Assembly (NCBI GenBank): GCA_028534125.1
Contig: CM052828.1
Coordinates: forward strand, 52,204,001-52,268,000
DNA: 64,000 nucleotides
From: Lama glama
Taxonomy: Eukaryota
Reading direction: 5' to 3'
This document shows, piece by piece, positions 51,091 to 64,000 of the stretch. The notes under the pieces are model-generated. The model did not search any database, was not told the origin of the DNA, and worked only from the letters and a program-made list of their open reading frames with translations. The position numbers and the translations under genes were made by a program. Every line of letters starts with the position of its first letter. The stretch's first letter is position 1.

Positions 51091-52449
51091 CCGAGGTGGA
51101 AAATTTTGATGTTAATAAACTCATCTTCTCTGGCCTGAGCTTGAACTTGGGATCATTCCAGGAAACGTAGAAAGGAGCCATGTGGCTGGACAGCCTGTGA
51201 GCTTGCCGCACCCCTGAGGGTCCTGTAAGCAGGGTGGGCAGGGACACTATTCTTTTTTCTGGCCCCTGAGGTGGCCACCATTCCCAAAGGCAGCCACCTC
51301 GACCTTCCATCAGAAGCAGTTTCTCGTAACATCCTCTCTCAGTCGGGACAGCATCCCTTGTGGTGGAGGCAGGAGCACACACCATGTACTGCCCACGCGT
51401 GCCCACCCCTCCCCTCCTCTCAGCTCTGAGAGTCAGCACCACCACACTTCATCTCTGAATCACCGAGAGTGGATCGAATCCCTGGTACTGTACTTCTGAG
51501 AGGTCACCGGTGGCTGACGGCTGCTGCCCTACAGTGAAGCAGCAGCTGTCTCTGCCCCTGCGGATAGTTTATACGGTCCCCCACAAAGGGGATGTCTGTG
51601 GACTGTTTCCCACATCCACCTAAGCATAGGATCTGATTATTATTTTGTTGTTGCCCACGATGAAAACATTCATAGAGGCTGACTGTGGGAAATCCCTGTA
51701 AGTTATTCCACGGAGTAATCATTTGTGCCCCACACCCTTTGCTCCTGGCCGGCTGATTCTCACAGTGCAGCGGTCTCCTGTCTGACCGTACTTTCACTAC
51801 TGGCAATGCAAACTTGACTCAGAGTAAAATCAGCTGCAGGGCTGATTTTTCTTGTGGAACTTCCTCCCGCTGCCTCACCAGCTTGAAGCGCTCCCAGCAC
51901 GCCAGCAGTCATGAATTTTGTCGTGAGTAGGAGGTTGGGGTTATGACCCCCGCATGTCAGAAATCCTGAGTCACTCTGTAATCCGGCAAAGTCAGTTAAC
52001 CGCATTGATTTTTTCACCTGTAAAACTGAGTTAGCCCGGTTCAGAAGCCATGAGTCCTCCCTCCCTCCCCAGCCAACCTCCGTCCCTCCTCCTCTGAACT
52101 CCCAGGGTAGTTACTAGCCTTCCTGGGTTGACCCCACCAGTCAGGGCTCACCTGGAATCTCGGTTCCTGGTATGCGTGTCTTAGCATCTGCCAAGACTGT
52201 AGTCTTCTTGGGGGTGGGGGTGGGCTCCCCCGTGCCTCTTACTGTAGGGTGGCACTCCTGATAAGGGCTGCTTGTTGGAACAGATGGAAACTGTACCTCG
52301 TCTCTTGTTCAGGCCCATTTTTATTACGGTTCTAAATCCTATGCCTCATCTTCCACAAAGATTCTGAGACAGTTAACAAATGAAAAACAGTGTAAGAAAA
52401 AGAGAAACGAAGACATCTAAAGCTGCCCTGTCCCAGATGGTAGCCGCTA

Positions 52450-52578
52450 NNNNNNNNNNNNNNNNNNNNNNNNNNNNNNNNNNNNNNNNNNNNNNNNNNN
52501 NNNNNNNNNNNNNNNNNNNNNNNNNNNNNNNNNNNNNNNNNNNNNNNNNNNNNNNNNNNNNNNNNNNNNNNNNNNNNN
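52450..52578. other. Assembly gap (129 N)
   Basis: Run of n. Confidence 1.
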
Positions 52579-52993
52579 AAAAAATATTTCCATCATCATA
52601 GAAAGTTCTCTTTCACAGCATTGGGAGTAAGTAATTTCACAAACTGTAGATTGGGTGTAAGATAGACTGCAGAACTATATGTACAACATGGGGCACAGTG
52701 CTAATATTTTGTAATAACTATAAATGGAGTGTAACCTTTACAGATTGTATTAAAAAATGAATAGTATGCATTACAACAAACACAGGGCCCACCACACAGT
52801 AGTTGCTCAAAATACTCAACAAATTCATGAAAATGTCTTGGCTCCCTCCAAGGTTAAATCGTGAAGCATATTAAGTCTGCCTGTTGTGTTTCAAAGGCTC
52901 AAAGCAAAAGGGGCCCGGGCAAATGAGGATGGACAGTGCTTTTATACTTACAAAACTAATATTCACATGCATTTTCCACGTGATCTTAAAAAC

Positions 52994-53200
52994 CAGGGGT
53001 TGGCCCACAGCAAGATCTGCCACCTGTGTGTGTTAATAAAGTTTTATTGGAGCACAGCCATGTCCATCCTTTTCCCCGTCGTCCCTGGTTGCTTTGGTGC
53101 TGAATCCGCCGAGTTGAATAGTTGTGGCAGAGCTTGGATGGCCTGCAAAGCCCGAAATACTGACCCTCTGGCTCTTTACCGAGAAGCCTGCTGACCCCTG
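52994..53200. mobile_element. MER58A-like hAT-Charlie element
   Basis: TIRs CAGGGGT / ACCCCTG; aataaagttttattggagcacagcca. Confidence 0.8.
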
Positions 53201-54739
53201 GTGAAGAACTTCTCCAGGAGGAGGTGTCATTGTTCCCATTTTGTGATTGAGAAAATGAGACTCACAGAGGTCAAACCCCCTGCCCAGGGCCATGCAGCTC
53301 TTAAGTGACAGAGGTTTGACTTGGACTTAAGTCTGAGCTGATCTGTAGCTTGTGTCTTTGAAGCTGTGCCGTTGAAGTAGCGGGTTTTACACCTGCAAGG
53401 GGGCTGGGGCAGCGTCTGCCATGACTGCTTACTCTTCAGAGGAGAAAATGAGAGAGCAGCCGGCCCTGGGCCACACAGCAGACGCCCGCAGAGCCCCATC
53501 CAGCACCCGGGTCTCTAGACTTGCGTCGTTTGTCCCCACTCCCGGCTCCAGGAGGTCAGCGCTGCTGGTGGACAGGCCCTTCTGCTGCGAACACCCTCTA
53601 GTGGTGTCTGTCCTCTCGGAAGTGGCAGGAAGCGCATGGCATCTGGTCAACACTCGCCTGTGGTGACTTTGTGGAAGTATCACCTTTAGGCCTGGAGTCT
53701 GAGGAAATGAATTTGAATTTTTTTCTAATCTACTAAGAGTTTCTGTGGCGAGGTGGCCACCGCCGGGATAGTAACCCGAGTGACTCCTGTAGAATTTGAC
53801 CTTCCACTTGCCCTGGGAGCCTGTCTGTCCGCTCCCAACCGATTGTGATAAAAACAGCAGTAATAACAGTGCCCGCCAGGCACTGCTCCAAGCACGTACA
53901 CACCGTGTCTAGCTTAATCCTCACCACGCTAAGATGTGGGTCCCGTTAAGGAAACTGAGGCTCAGTGAGACGAAATGCCTGCCAAAGGTTGCAGAGTTAA
54001 CCCTGGACTTGAACCAGGCGGGGTGGCTTCCCCGTCCTTGCTGTTCACATGGCTCTGTGCCGCCTCTTAACCCTCCCGTTTGATTTCCTGACACAGCCTC
54101 TTCTCTCCCTGTGGCATTTCTTCCAGGGCCTTAGCTGTAAAACCATACGTACAGACTTTTTGCTAAAAGAACAAAAGGAAGAAGAAAAGTTAGCTCCCTC
54201 CACTCACTAAGTTTCTCCAAACCACGTTAGCTGTTGGACGTTTTTCTGGTTAGCAGGCGTAAACTACAGGCTGTGTCCCCTCCCCTGTGAGTCTTTGGGA
54301 AGCTCTTGTGCTAGTTTGTTTTCTAGCACGTCTATGACGTCTTAAGAACTTTTGAAAACCCATATTTTGTGTCTGTTTTTTTTACTTCCCGTAGTGTCTG
54401 GGGAATCCTGGAGCAGTGATATCTTTTGCTCTGGCTGAATCAGGCAGGAGGTGAGGCGTGGACGACAGAGGGATGTCTCCTGGGCTCTCATTGGCTCTTG
54501 TTGAGGTCAAGAGAGGTGCTAAGACCTTACATCTCCTTATGGGGTGTTACTGCTGGAGGAGGACTTCAATCTGCTCAATTTTGGAAGAAGAGTTGCTTTA
54601 GGATCTTGGTGGTGGTAGCCTTTGCTCACTTGAGTTGAATGTTTCTGATACTCCAGATGCTGTTAAACCCTGTTCATGTATCTTGTCATTTAATCTTTAC
54701 AAGAACATCGTTAGGTAGATGTTGGGGTTTTGTTTGGAT

Positions 54740-54836
54740 TTTTTGTTTGCTTTTTTTAAATGGAGATACTGGGGATTGAACCCAGGACCTCGTGTGTGTA
54801 AGCATGTGCTCTACCACTGAGCTGTGTTCCTCCTCC
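54740..54836 (-). mobile_element. vic-1-type SINE
   Basis: tactggggattgaacccaggacctcgtgtgtgtaagcatgtgctctaccactgagct. Confidence 0.85.
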
Positions 54837-56337
54837 TAGATGTTACTTTTGTTGTTGTTCTCCCAGAGGAGGAAAGGAGGCACAGAGAGGGTGAGTATCT
54901 TGGCAAATGTCACACAGCTAGTTCGGACCACAACTGGTTTTTGAAACTGGGTGGTCTGGCTGTCGTGATGCCTTTAGTTCTAGAAAGTTTAGGCGTAACT
55001 AACATTTGGACGGAAAGAACTCCCAGCAGCAGCTCCATGGCTGTTCACTTATAACATGAGAGCAACCTCCTGGCTCCCAGGAAACTGCAGCCCGATGCGG
55101 GATCTAAAATAGTCACTTCCCCTCCTGCTCACCTGCGCTGCACACACAGCCCACGCCGCGCCCACGAGAGTACACCCAGGCACACAGCCTGCCAGCACGG
55201 GGACATGGATGGGACACTTTTCCTTCCTGGTTACACACTCGGGATTTTGTTGGCAGGAGCCATGTCTGCCCTGCAAGGCCTTGAGCTGTGGCCTGTGTGT
55301 TTATACTGTTGGTTTTAGGCCTTGTCGAGAGTTAAGAGAAAACAGGCCTTGGAGTCCCACAGACCTGAATTCTAATCCCAGTCCCGCCCCCACTGACAAC
55401 TGTGTGCCCTTGGGCAGATTCCTGAACCTTTCTAACATCCATGTCTTGAACTGTAAAGTGGAAATAACCTCTTGTCTGTGAGGGATGAAGGAGTTGGTAA
55501 AGCATTTGGCATAGCTTCTAGAATGTTCAACACATAGTGGCTGTAACCCTCCCCAACAAAAAATCTGCAGCTTTTCCTCTCCGCCACCCCCCCAACTCTG
55601 GCGCTGTCCCGAGAGCTCCGCCTTCCTTTGATAATAATGCCATCAACCAATGAAACAGCCCGGGTCCTTTGGCTTTTTCTTTTGTTCATGGCAGTGGGGT
55701 CCGTGCAAATCCTCAGATGAGCAAGCTTGACCGGTGTAAACTTCTTTTGTTTGTTTAGCAAATACTGGCTGCGCCTGTACTGTACGTTAGTCACTTGTCT
55801 CAGTGTTCAGGGAACAAAACAGGCCATGGTTGCGTTCTGCTGGAGCTTGCGTTCCGGTGTCGTCTCTCGCTCTGCTGTGCATGGAGGAGGCAGCCGGACC
55901 CAGCCTGGCGAGAGCGGAGTGGAGCCTGGGGAGGGCGCAAGAGCTCCCGTTCTGTTTTCTATTCATGCCAAGCCGGGAGGCCAGTGGGTGTCTGACCCCT
56001 TTCTCAGAACAGAAATCCTCGTCTGTATTCTCGATGTGTTAAAAGAAAATCATAGCTTCAGGGCCAGAAGTATGTAGACAGTAAAGCACTTTGCATCTCT
56101 GCGGTATCTTTTCGTTTTCCTTAAACTATCTCCTTTGACAATCAAAACAATCTTGGGGATGTATCGCCATCTGTCCCCCTGTGGCAAGTGAGGCTCTGAG
56201 AGGGAGAGTGCCTTGCGAGATCGTTGTTCAGTACAAAGCTAGGAAGGACCACACCCCATTTCTTACTTTCCCTGGAGCCCGTGAGCCTGGGGCAGGAGAG
56301 GTAGCTGTCAACGTGACTGGTTCTCCGGTTCTATCTA

Positions 56338-56532
56338 GAGCAATGCTTTCCTACAGACCTGCAGTGGTGGGAATATTCTGTGGCCACATTGTTCAGTATA
56401 ATAGCCACTAGCCACAGGTGGCCATTGAGCCTTTGAAATATGGCTGAGGAATTGACATTTTCAGTGTCATTTCATTTGATGTAAAATTAAAATTTGAATA
56501 ATTGTACATGGATACTGTATTGGATGGCACAG
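56338..56532. mobile_element. MER3-like hAT-Charlie element
   Basis: tagccactagccacaggtggccattgagc...tgaaatatggct...tactgtattggatggcacag. Confidence 0.65.
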
Positions 56533-59500
56533 TTTTGGAAACTTAAAGAGAAGGACTTCTGAGTGGAAAAAAGACAGTGGACACAGTCTGCCTTTCCTAC
56601 CGTGACCCAGTGCCCCACCATCCACTTGCTTAGAATCCGCAGTCATTGAGGTCGTATTCAAACATGCAACTCAAGGGCGGTTCTCCAAGCCCTCCGTTCC
56701 CTGCTTCAGTCAGAGAGATCAGGGCTGCTTCTCTTGTGCAAAAGCTTTTGTTTGAAGATTGTCATTGGTTTTTAAAACAAGACTGCAAAAAGGATTTAAA
56801 ATCATTACTCTCAAACAACAATGAACTGAATTGCTTTGCTGTACCCCTGAAACTAACATTGTCAAATGACTACATTTCAATGAAAAATAAGAATTAAAAT
56901 AACAGTGCAACTCCTTGGAGACAAGGCAGTGCAAAACCAGCTTGGAAAAGTACACAGCGGAGGCAGGATGGCGGGAAGCCACGGCAAGATACAGATCACA
57001 GGTAAACCCTGAGGGGGAACTGTTTGTACATGTACTTTTTTTTAATATAAACTTATTTAAAATTTCATCTTTGTTTCAAAGGCAAGAGAGACATGTCAAG
57101 GACACTGTGGTCTCCTGACTGTATTCTGCCGCTGCTCGGCTGTGCACTGTCCACCTAGGGTTCCAGGGGCAGTGGCTGTTGGTGACTGCTTCATTTTAAC
57201 ATGAGTAACAGCGCGTGTTCTCACGCGTATTCGGGAGCTGTTTTTCTCACGTTATCTGCCTTATTCCTGACTGTATAACCCCCTGTGCTTTAAGAGCAAG
57301 TTACTTTTATTTTAGCAAAATGAAAATGACTTTTCCAGTGGCCTGAGTTGCAGGTGGGTTTCTGCTGGAAAGCACTTGAGAGAGCACACTCTCCAGGCCA
57401 CGGATGAATTGGAAATGGCCCTTCTGTTCTGCTGCTTTTTAATACATGGCCCATTAACAGCACTGAACCCGCCTCTCATCTGGATGCTACCAAGGCTGAC
57501 CGGGAGCGGGCTGTCACTTCTGCACCTCTTGTTAGACTAGACCTGGTGTTAAACCTCAGAAGAACAAAAGTCGTAGCTGTAAGCAGCCCAGTAGTGTAAT
57601 TGATAGAGGTGAGACGCTGAGATCAGAGGCTGTCCTGTCCCTGGCGCTGAGGGGCAGGATGGATCCCTTCCCCACCCCTGCAGGAGAGAAACCCGTGCAT
57701 CCCGGCCCAGGGAGGACGCCTCAGGCACAAACGCCTTCCTCACAAGTGAGGAGGTGAATTAATGTTCAAATGAATGCGATTTTCCTCTCCAGGGATTTCA
57801 GAGGATGTTGAAATTCATCAAAGAATATTGAGATCCACATATATTACATGCAGCTAATATATATATTAATCTAATCTATTACTGTGGCTAATTTGTTTGC
57901 TTTTTGAACCCAGCCACCCTTCCCACCCTACATGTTAATGGAAAATTTGTCTTGATTCATTTGCTCATTTATGTGCTATTCTTTTATTTACATAGCTACC
58001 CAAACACACATTTAGAGTCACAGGATCCACAAGGAATAGTAAGAATTAGGGTATGATGTTTGTTTTGCAAATGAGGCCTAAAAATGAGACTTCACAGTTT
58101 AATCTATTTTCCCAGGGTCAGAGAGTGCCCCAACACAAAGCCAGGTTAAAAAAGTCAGCCCTCTAGCTCTGAGCTGCTCGGCTCACCTCTGGGTTTTAAT
58201 CTGAGGAGATGAGTCTTCACTTCATTGTGAGAAGGGGAAGCCTGAACCTCGGTCTTTCTGCTGCTGAGTTGCTGACCAGCTCACGGAGTGGTGAATGAAG
58301 TGTTTGCAGAGGGTCTGGAAGACTCAGATTGTGTGTGTGTGTTTAAACCTGTGCTGAGATAACATGTAGCTGCTCCTGGAAGCACATTAATCATGGTGCA
58401 AGGGTCAGAATTTAGCATCTGGGAGGCTGCTTTGGTACATGGGTCCAAAGTAAAACTGTCAAGAGAATTTTCAGCTGTGTGGCCTTGCGGTAATTACACA
58501 GACAACAAGTATGTGGCCCTATCTTCCAAACAAGGACCCTTTTCTTGTGAGGTTAACGTCCGGAGGCTGTTCCGGAAGAGTTATAATTACTTTTTCATGT
58601 TCCCCACAATAAAGTGACCTTTTAGCTCTTTACAATAAAGCAAATGCTTTAGACTCGTGGGTTTGCTGGCATTAACGTCTAGGAAGTATAAACACGACAG
58701 TAAGTCTATACAGGGCAGTGAGAGCACTGGGTCTTGTCCCCTTTCTCATGCGCTGAGTCCATATTCTGGAACCAAGCAGGGCGGCACGTGCCCTGTCTCG
58801 GTGGGGAGGGGACAGACCTGCCAGTACTGGCTGCACGAACTCCCAGGGCCCCAGCCTGGTTTCACTGCATCACCTAGAGCTGCTCCCTTGAATGGATTGA
58901 CATCAGTGTCTTCCCTGCACACAGGGGACTGGCAGTACTGCCCCAGAGCAGTTTTCTAAAATGAAAGTGAAGATGCTAAAGACTCCGAGAAACAATAAGG
59001 TTCTGCTAGCGAGCCAGTGCAGGAGAGAAGGGCCCCTCGCGTCTGGGGTTTTAACATCAGTACATTTTCTTCTAGTAAATAGTTGGCGAAAGAAGAAAGG
59101 AAGTGAAGTCAATGAAGTTTGGTCCCCTCTGCCGCTCCCCACCCCTCCTCCCAGTCTGCGTTCCTGCTTTTCATTTCCCTTGGGTGGGGGCGCGCTCCGT
59201 GAGAGGGGAAAGGCTGCTCGTTATTAATGGAAGCGGAGACTCCTGTTTCTCCCCTTGCCCACTCAGTCCAGAAGATTCTCGCTAAAATGTCTAAATTACA
59301 TCCTTTAGATTAACTAGACCTTTCTCAAGTGGCATGCCCATTTGAAGGTTTGGAGGTCACTGATTTAAGTTCCAGATAATAGCTGCCTTCCCAGAAATCA
59401 ACTGTAAATTGTGTCTTGCCTCTGTTTATTGATGTGTGGCATGTAGTCAACCTCAGGCCCTTCTGCCTCAGCAGTTGGGTCCTCCTTTGTTGTTCAGACG

Positions 59501-61019
59501 TGGGGAAAAGGGAAGGAGAGCTTCCCAACCCCTAAGAGCTTCCTGTGATGCTGAAGGTGAGGTGGGGTGGAGGGTGGTTCTGAATAGCAGAAAACCTCTG
59601 TTTCGGGCTGAAGCTCCTTTTTGTCCCAAGTGTAAGGTGAAGAACAACCAGTAAGTTTAGGTCTACACCCAGACGCACACAGGAGCAACAGAATGGCCAA
59701 ATGATAAACGTCTCCATTGTGACTTCATTAATAATCATTTGCCAAAAATCCAGAGATGCCACAACCCTGTAGCTGACAGGCTGGAATAACACCTGATTGT
59801 TAGCAGAGGGCTGAGGACTGTCTCAGAGGAGAGCCTGGTCCAAGGCAGATGCCTGAGCATTCTCCGGTGACCTCATTTGGGGGGAGAACGGGATCTGATG
59901 GATAAGAGAGACAGACAAGTGAGGGTAACAGACGCTTCTAGCCTGAGACTGAGGCCGAACGGTGAAGGAAATGGAGGAAGAAGACTGGGTTTTGGCAGCA
60001 AGATAACTAATTCTGCGCGGAACATCTTGAGTTTGACATACCTGTGGGGTCACTTGAGCAGTTCCTTCAGGAAGGTATGAACTGCGGTGCCTGAGTCGGT
60101 AGCTACACAGAACACTGGGGTACAGATTTGGCATCGTGAATCAAAACCACGAAGAGTAGAAGGGGTTGCTTAGGAAGAAGTGAAAACTTAGGAGAGAAGC
60201 AAGTAGTAATTATTACCATCATCCAACACGTCTATTTTGGCCGCTAAGAGGAAGCAGAGGAGTTGAGGGACTGTGTCGGTGGGAGAGAACAGAATAGGTA
60301 AAGAAAGACAGCCCCAGGGGAGCTGCTGAAGACCCGGCAGGGCTGGGAGCGTAATGGGTACCCCGGCTCCTTTTATTTTCGAGAAGCTTGAATTACCTAA
60401 TGGGTCTGGGTGCTCATCTCCCCTGTGATGTAATTCACAATGTATGCCCAGTTAGAACTGAGCTAGTGGAATATGCGGTGTTCGTGCTGCCTGGTGGGGG
60501 CGGCCAGGGGCTAGGTGAGGAGCCGGCCTCCTCCCGCTCCCCCACCCCATTTCTGTCTGTCCCACCCTTGACTTTTCTACCCCCTGATGTGTTTCATCAA
60601 GTTCGTACATGTCTCTCTGCCCTCTTCTCCCCATTCTGGGATCCCTGATGAATCAGAGATGGAGCCAGGAGTTGTGGAAGGCTCCGAATGCCGAGAGGGG
60701 AGTCACTTCTCCCGGTGCTGGAGGTGTTGGAGTGGGGCATCTGTGGAGTGTCTGTCACTGCCCCATCCCCCTGGGGCCTCGGGTTTTATTCCACTCTGAG
60801 CGCCCCTCACCTCTGACGGGGAGCCTTGTGCCCAGATTTTTACCTTTTTTTTCCCCCCAATTCATTCCTTTCCCTTTAAGTTGGCAGAATTCTAACTATC
60901 CTGAATGGTTGGTTTGAAGACAGTAGCCAGGTTCATTGTTGCAAATCGTGTTATAATCGTCACTGGGAAATTCTTTTCTTATCAGCAGGTAGATTTGCAG
61001 ATATGCACAGGTATCCAAG

Positions 61020-61215
61020 TGAGAGGAGTGTAGACCTGGCTCCTGGGCTCACTGCCTCATGATCACTGACATGAGACAAGTTGCTTAGTTTCTTGGTGCC
61101 TCAGTCGTGAGCATGGGAGTGATGGTGGTACCTGCTCGTAAGGCTGCCATGAGGATCGAGTGAGGTGATGCCTGCCATGCGCTCAGCACTGTGGTCAGTA
61201 CTCAGCCACTGCTGG
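61020..61215 (+). mobile_element. MIR SINE
   Basis: gacaagttgcttagtttcttggtgcctcag...tgaggatcgagtgaggtgatgc. Confidence 0.55.
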
Positions 61216-61927
61216 CTACCAGTATCCTATTATTTTTCTCACTGCTGTCTAAGTCCCAGATTATCAACATCTGATATAACCAGGAGCCAGAAGAAATAGG
61301 AATATATACCCAAGTACTCGGCTGAAAGTGCCCACATCTTGGTCACCTACCCCCACCTTGTCTAGGGGACCCCGACCCATCTCCATACCTGGGACACCCA
61401 TCCTGCTTTCTTCCGGGTCATTCTCCCCACACCCCTCTCTGTGCCTGAGTTTCTTGTACTTTCTCAGTTAGATTTTTCTCTTCCCAGGGGCTCTTCACAC
61501 AGCCCTTTGTCCACTTCAGACTAAGGGCTCTTGGGAGCAGACACCTTGATTTTGAGGCTCAGTCTTGCTTCTTAAAATGTCTGTTAGTTCCGATCTGTAA
61601 GATGGAATCAGTTTCAGGAGCTTGTTCCTGCAAGTCATCTCCACGCTGTTCTAACACTGAGAAAATCACCCAAATGTGGATGGAAAGGAAAAATAAAAAG
61701 TAAAACGAGACCAATTTAAAATGTCTTTCAAAGCCGAATTCTTTGCAGAAGGAGTGGGGTCACTTCAGAGTCTCCTTCTGGTGCTGACATTCTGTGACAC
61801 GCAGAGGGGTGTCTAAATGTGGTTGGAAAGGCAGGCATCAACGTTGATACCTTGTCATCGGGGGCGGGAACGCCATCCGGTGGTGTGTTCACTGCTAAGG
61901 CTCTGCTCTCCAACCCTCTGCTCTCAG

Positions 61928-62009
61928 GGAAGGCCGCTCGAATGCCCACCTCAGAGGGGATTACCAAAGAATCGGGGACGTCATGCTGAAGAACATTCAG
62001 GACATGAAG
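61928..62009 (+). CDS. FARP1: FARP1 coding exon (~exon 17), DH: EGRSNAHLRGDYQRIGDVMLKNIQDMK
   Basis: tctcag / gtgggc; 82 nt, phase 2->0. Confidence 0.95.
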
Positions 62010-63299
62010 GTGGGCTGCTCGGGGGCTTGGGGAGTGGGGGTCCCCCGGGGGACATGCCGCTGGGGCTGCCCGAGGCCGTGGCCGCGGTCTCCCTCCCACG
62101 AACACCTGATTTGGCAGTCTGCATGCAGCACGCCCCTGGGGATGCTCTCTGCCCCGTCCAGATAACTTTATTTGGCAGCATCAAGGAAAATCCAGTCACC
62201 CCACGTAAGCACCGTCAGTATTTTCCTCTTCGCAAGCTCCCTGTTGTAACCAAAACAACAGGTACTTTCTGTGTCTGAGTTGTTCAACACTCTTGAAAAA
62301 TTACGTAGGCAAAACATGGGTTGCCTGAACATTTCACTTTCAGTCCGTTCTTTTGGCTTCTTGTGAGTGTGAAAAAATGTTGGATTCAGGGCTATGTAGG
62401 AATTCCAGTCAGTTCTGTGACTTGAAGCCAGCTTATCAGGTAAGTGTATTTTTAACCATCCAGCAGTATTGACAACGGTACAGGAGAGTGAAAGTCCGCG
62501 CAGAGAGCTCAGGATTCCACCTCATGTTTGAAATCTGCCCCAGCTCTTCCATCTGAAATGTTCATTTCTGCATTTTCATTTTAATCCATAAATAATTCCT
62601 TTAATATGTACTATCTTGATTCACACAATCTGTCTTTTGAATATGAAGACAGCCTGTATTTGCATTTTAAAGCAATCTTCCTGCCCAGAGCCTGCCTAAT
62701 AACCTTAAGTAATAACTAAGAACAACCTTGTAACCCCCTAAAGAAGGCAGGTCACTTGCATGCCACCATTTCAGTCCACCCACCATCAGTCCATCCACCC
62801 AGCACTGGCTGAGCACCTAGAACGTCTAAAGTACCCGTAGAGTAAAAGTTATTGTTGAGGTTTGAATTAATTCCCAAGAGTCTAACTGGTGTTGAATTTG
62901 TTCCCCTTAGAATGATGTATCTCATGAGAGAGGACAGTCGGGGCAGAGCAGGGGGCAGGGGACACAGAAGACATAGGATCTGAAGCTAGTCAAGGGATTT
63001 CCTGTTTCTCTCAATGAAGTTCAAGGTTATTATTTAACAGACCCTGAGCCTACTGCTCACTTTTTCACGGTGTTCAGAAAGCAACAGCCCCCTCTTCGGG
63101 GGATATCAGAGAGAGTCCCCAAAAGCCATCAGGATGGCAGAATCCTATGCAAAAAAAAAAAAAAAAAAGCAGCAGCAAAGAGTTATCTCCAGTGTTCCGC
63201 AACTGCAGTATTTTTAATGCCATAAGTAAGGTGGATTACAAAACTCACACGTAACGGTAACCGACATCTTTTCACTTTCCTTAGTGTTTCCTATTAATG

Positions 63300-63745
63300 T
63301 ATCTTATTTTTAGAGCCATTTTAGGTTTCCAGAAAAATTGGGCAGAAAGCTCACACTGAGTTCCCGTATTCTTGGCACCCCGCCACTTGTCCGTCTCCTG
63401 TTAGTGACATCCTGCATTGCTGTGGTTGGTTGGTTACAACTGATGAACCAGTATCGCTACGTTATTGTTATTAGCTAAAGCCACAGGGTGCAGTAGGGCT
63501 CACCCCTGATGTCCTGCGTTCTGTGGGCTTTGCCAAGGGCATGATGTCCTGGACCCACCGTGACGGCAGTCACACAGGGTGATGTCACTGCCCTAAAACA
63601 TCCTGCTCTCCACGCATTCATCCCTCCCCTCCCCCAGCCCCTGGTAACCACTCATCTTTCACTGTCTCCGCCATTTTTTACAGAACGTCATACAGTTGAA
63701 ATCACACCGTGTAGCCCCTTCAGACTGGCTTCTGTCACTTGCTAA
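63300..63745 (-). mobile_element. Old L1 (L1MC-like) 3' fragment
   Basis: ttttagagccattttaggtttccagaaaaattg...gttacaactgatgaacca...tcactgccctaaaa. Confidence 0.7.
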
Positions 63746-64000
63746 AAGCGTCTTCTCTCTCTTCTCTAACATGTGTCTGTGACTGGTGTTCTTCCCGGTT
63801 ACTTTCCTCGTAGGAAGCCTCTTTTCCCACGTGGTGCCCCTTTTCTTGACCCAGTTTTGTTTTTACCTTTTTTGATGGTGCTCCCTGCACCTGAGATTAC
63901 CAGGGCGGGCGCCATCACAGGCCTCGGGGGACAGTGGCGGAGACCTGCCAGCTTGCTCCCTATCTCCTCAGGGACAGCCTGAGATTGTCCTGTCTCCCAG

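Noticed and set aside
50852-51445. 197-aa minus-strand ORF
   Set aside because: Chimera of random sequence and a truncated L1 ORF2 C-terminus
63980-64000. Window ends in a pyrimidine-rich ...tctcccag, a possible next acceptor
   Set aside because: No downstream sequence available to test it
1-64000. Other short six-frame ORFs and prokaryotic-type systems (CRISPR, operons)
   Set aside because: This is intronic mammalian DNA; the ORFs are chance, repeat-derived or exon-overlapping, and no repeat-spacer array is present

Overview
Mammalian genomic DNA, most likely camelid, judged from five copies of a tRNA-Ala-derived vic-1-type SINE. The whole window lies inside FARP1 on the + strand. It holds 14 consecutive coding exons (about exons 4-17 in human numbering) for the FERM and FERM-adjacent (FA) domains, the linker and the start of the DH domain. 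All have AG/GT borders and consistent phases. The introns carry MIR, L2, L1, MaLR/ERV LTR, Tigger and hAT remnants, plus a 129-N gap. Main finding: the exon at 27050-27299 ends in a weak donor (CAG|GTCCAG), and its frame stays open for 325 more codons to a TGA ending at 28276. About 8 kb of 3'UTR-like sequence with poly(A) signals follows. This predicts a roughly 800-aa FERM-FA isoform with no DH-PH domains. Its last ~50 residues resemble the C-terminal tail of the paralogue FRMD7 as I recall it, which suggests a hidden 'FRMD7-like' product in FARP1 intron 13. An in-frame strong donor at 27932 could alternatively insert 211 aa into full-length FARP1. Gene and repeat identities are from memory; no searches were run.
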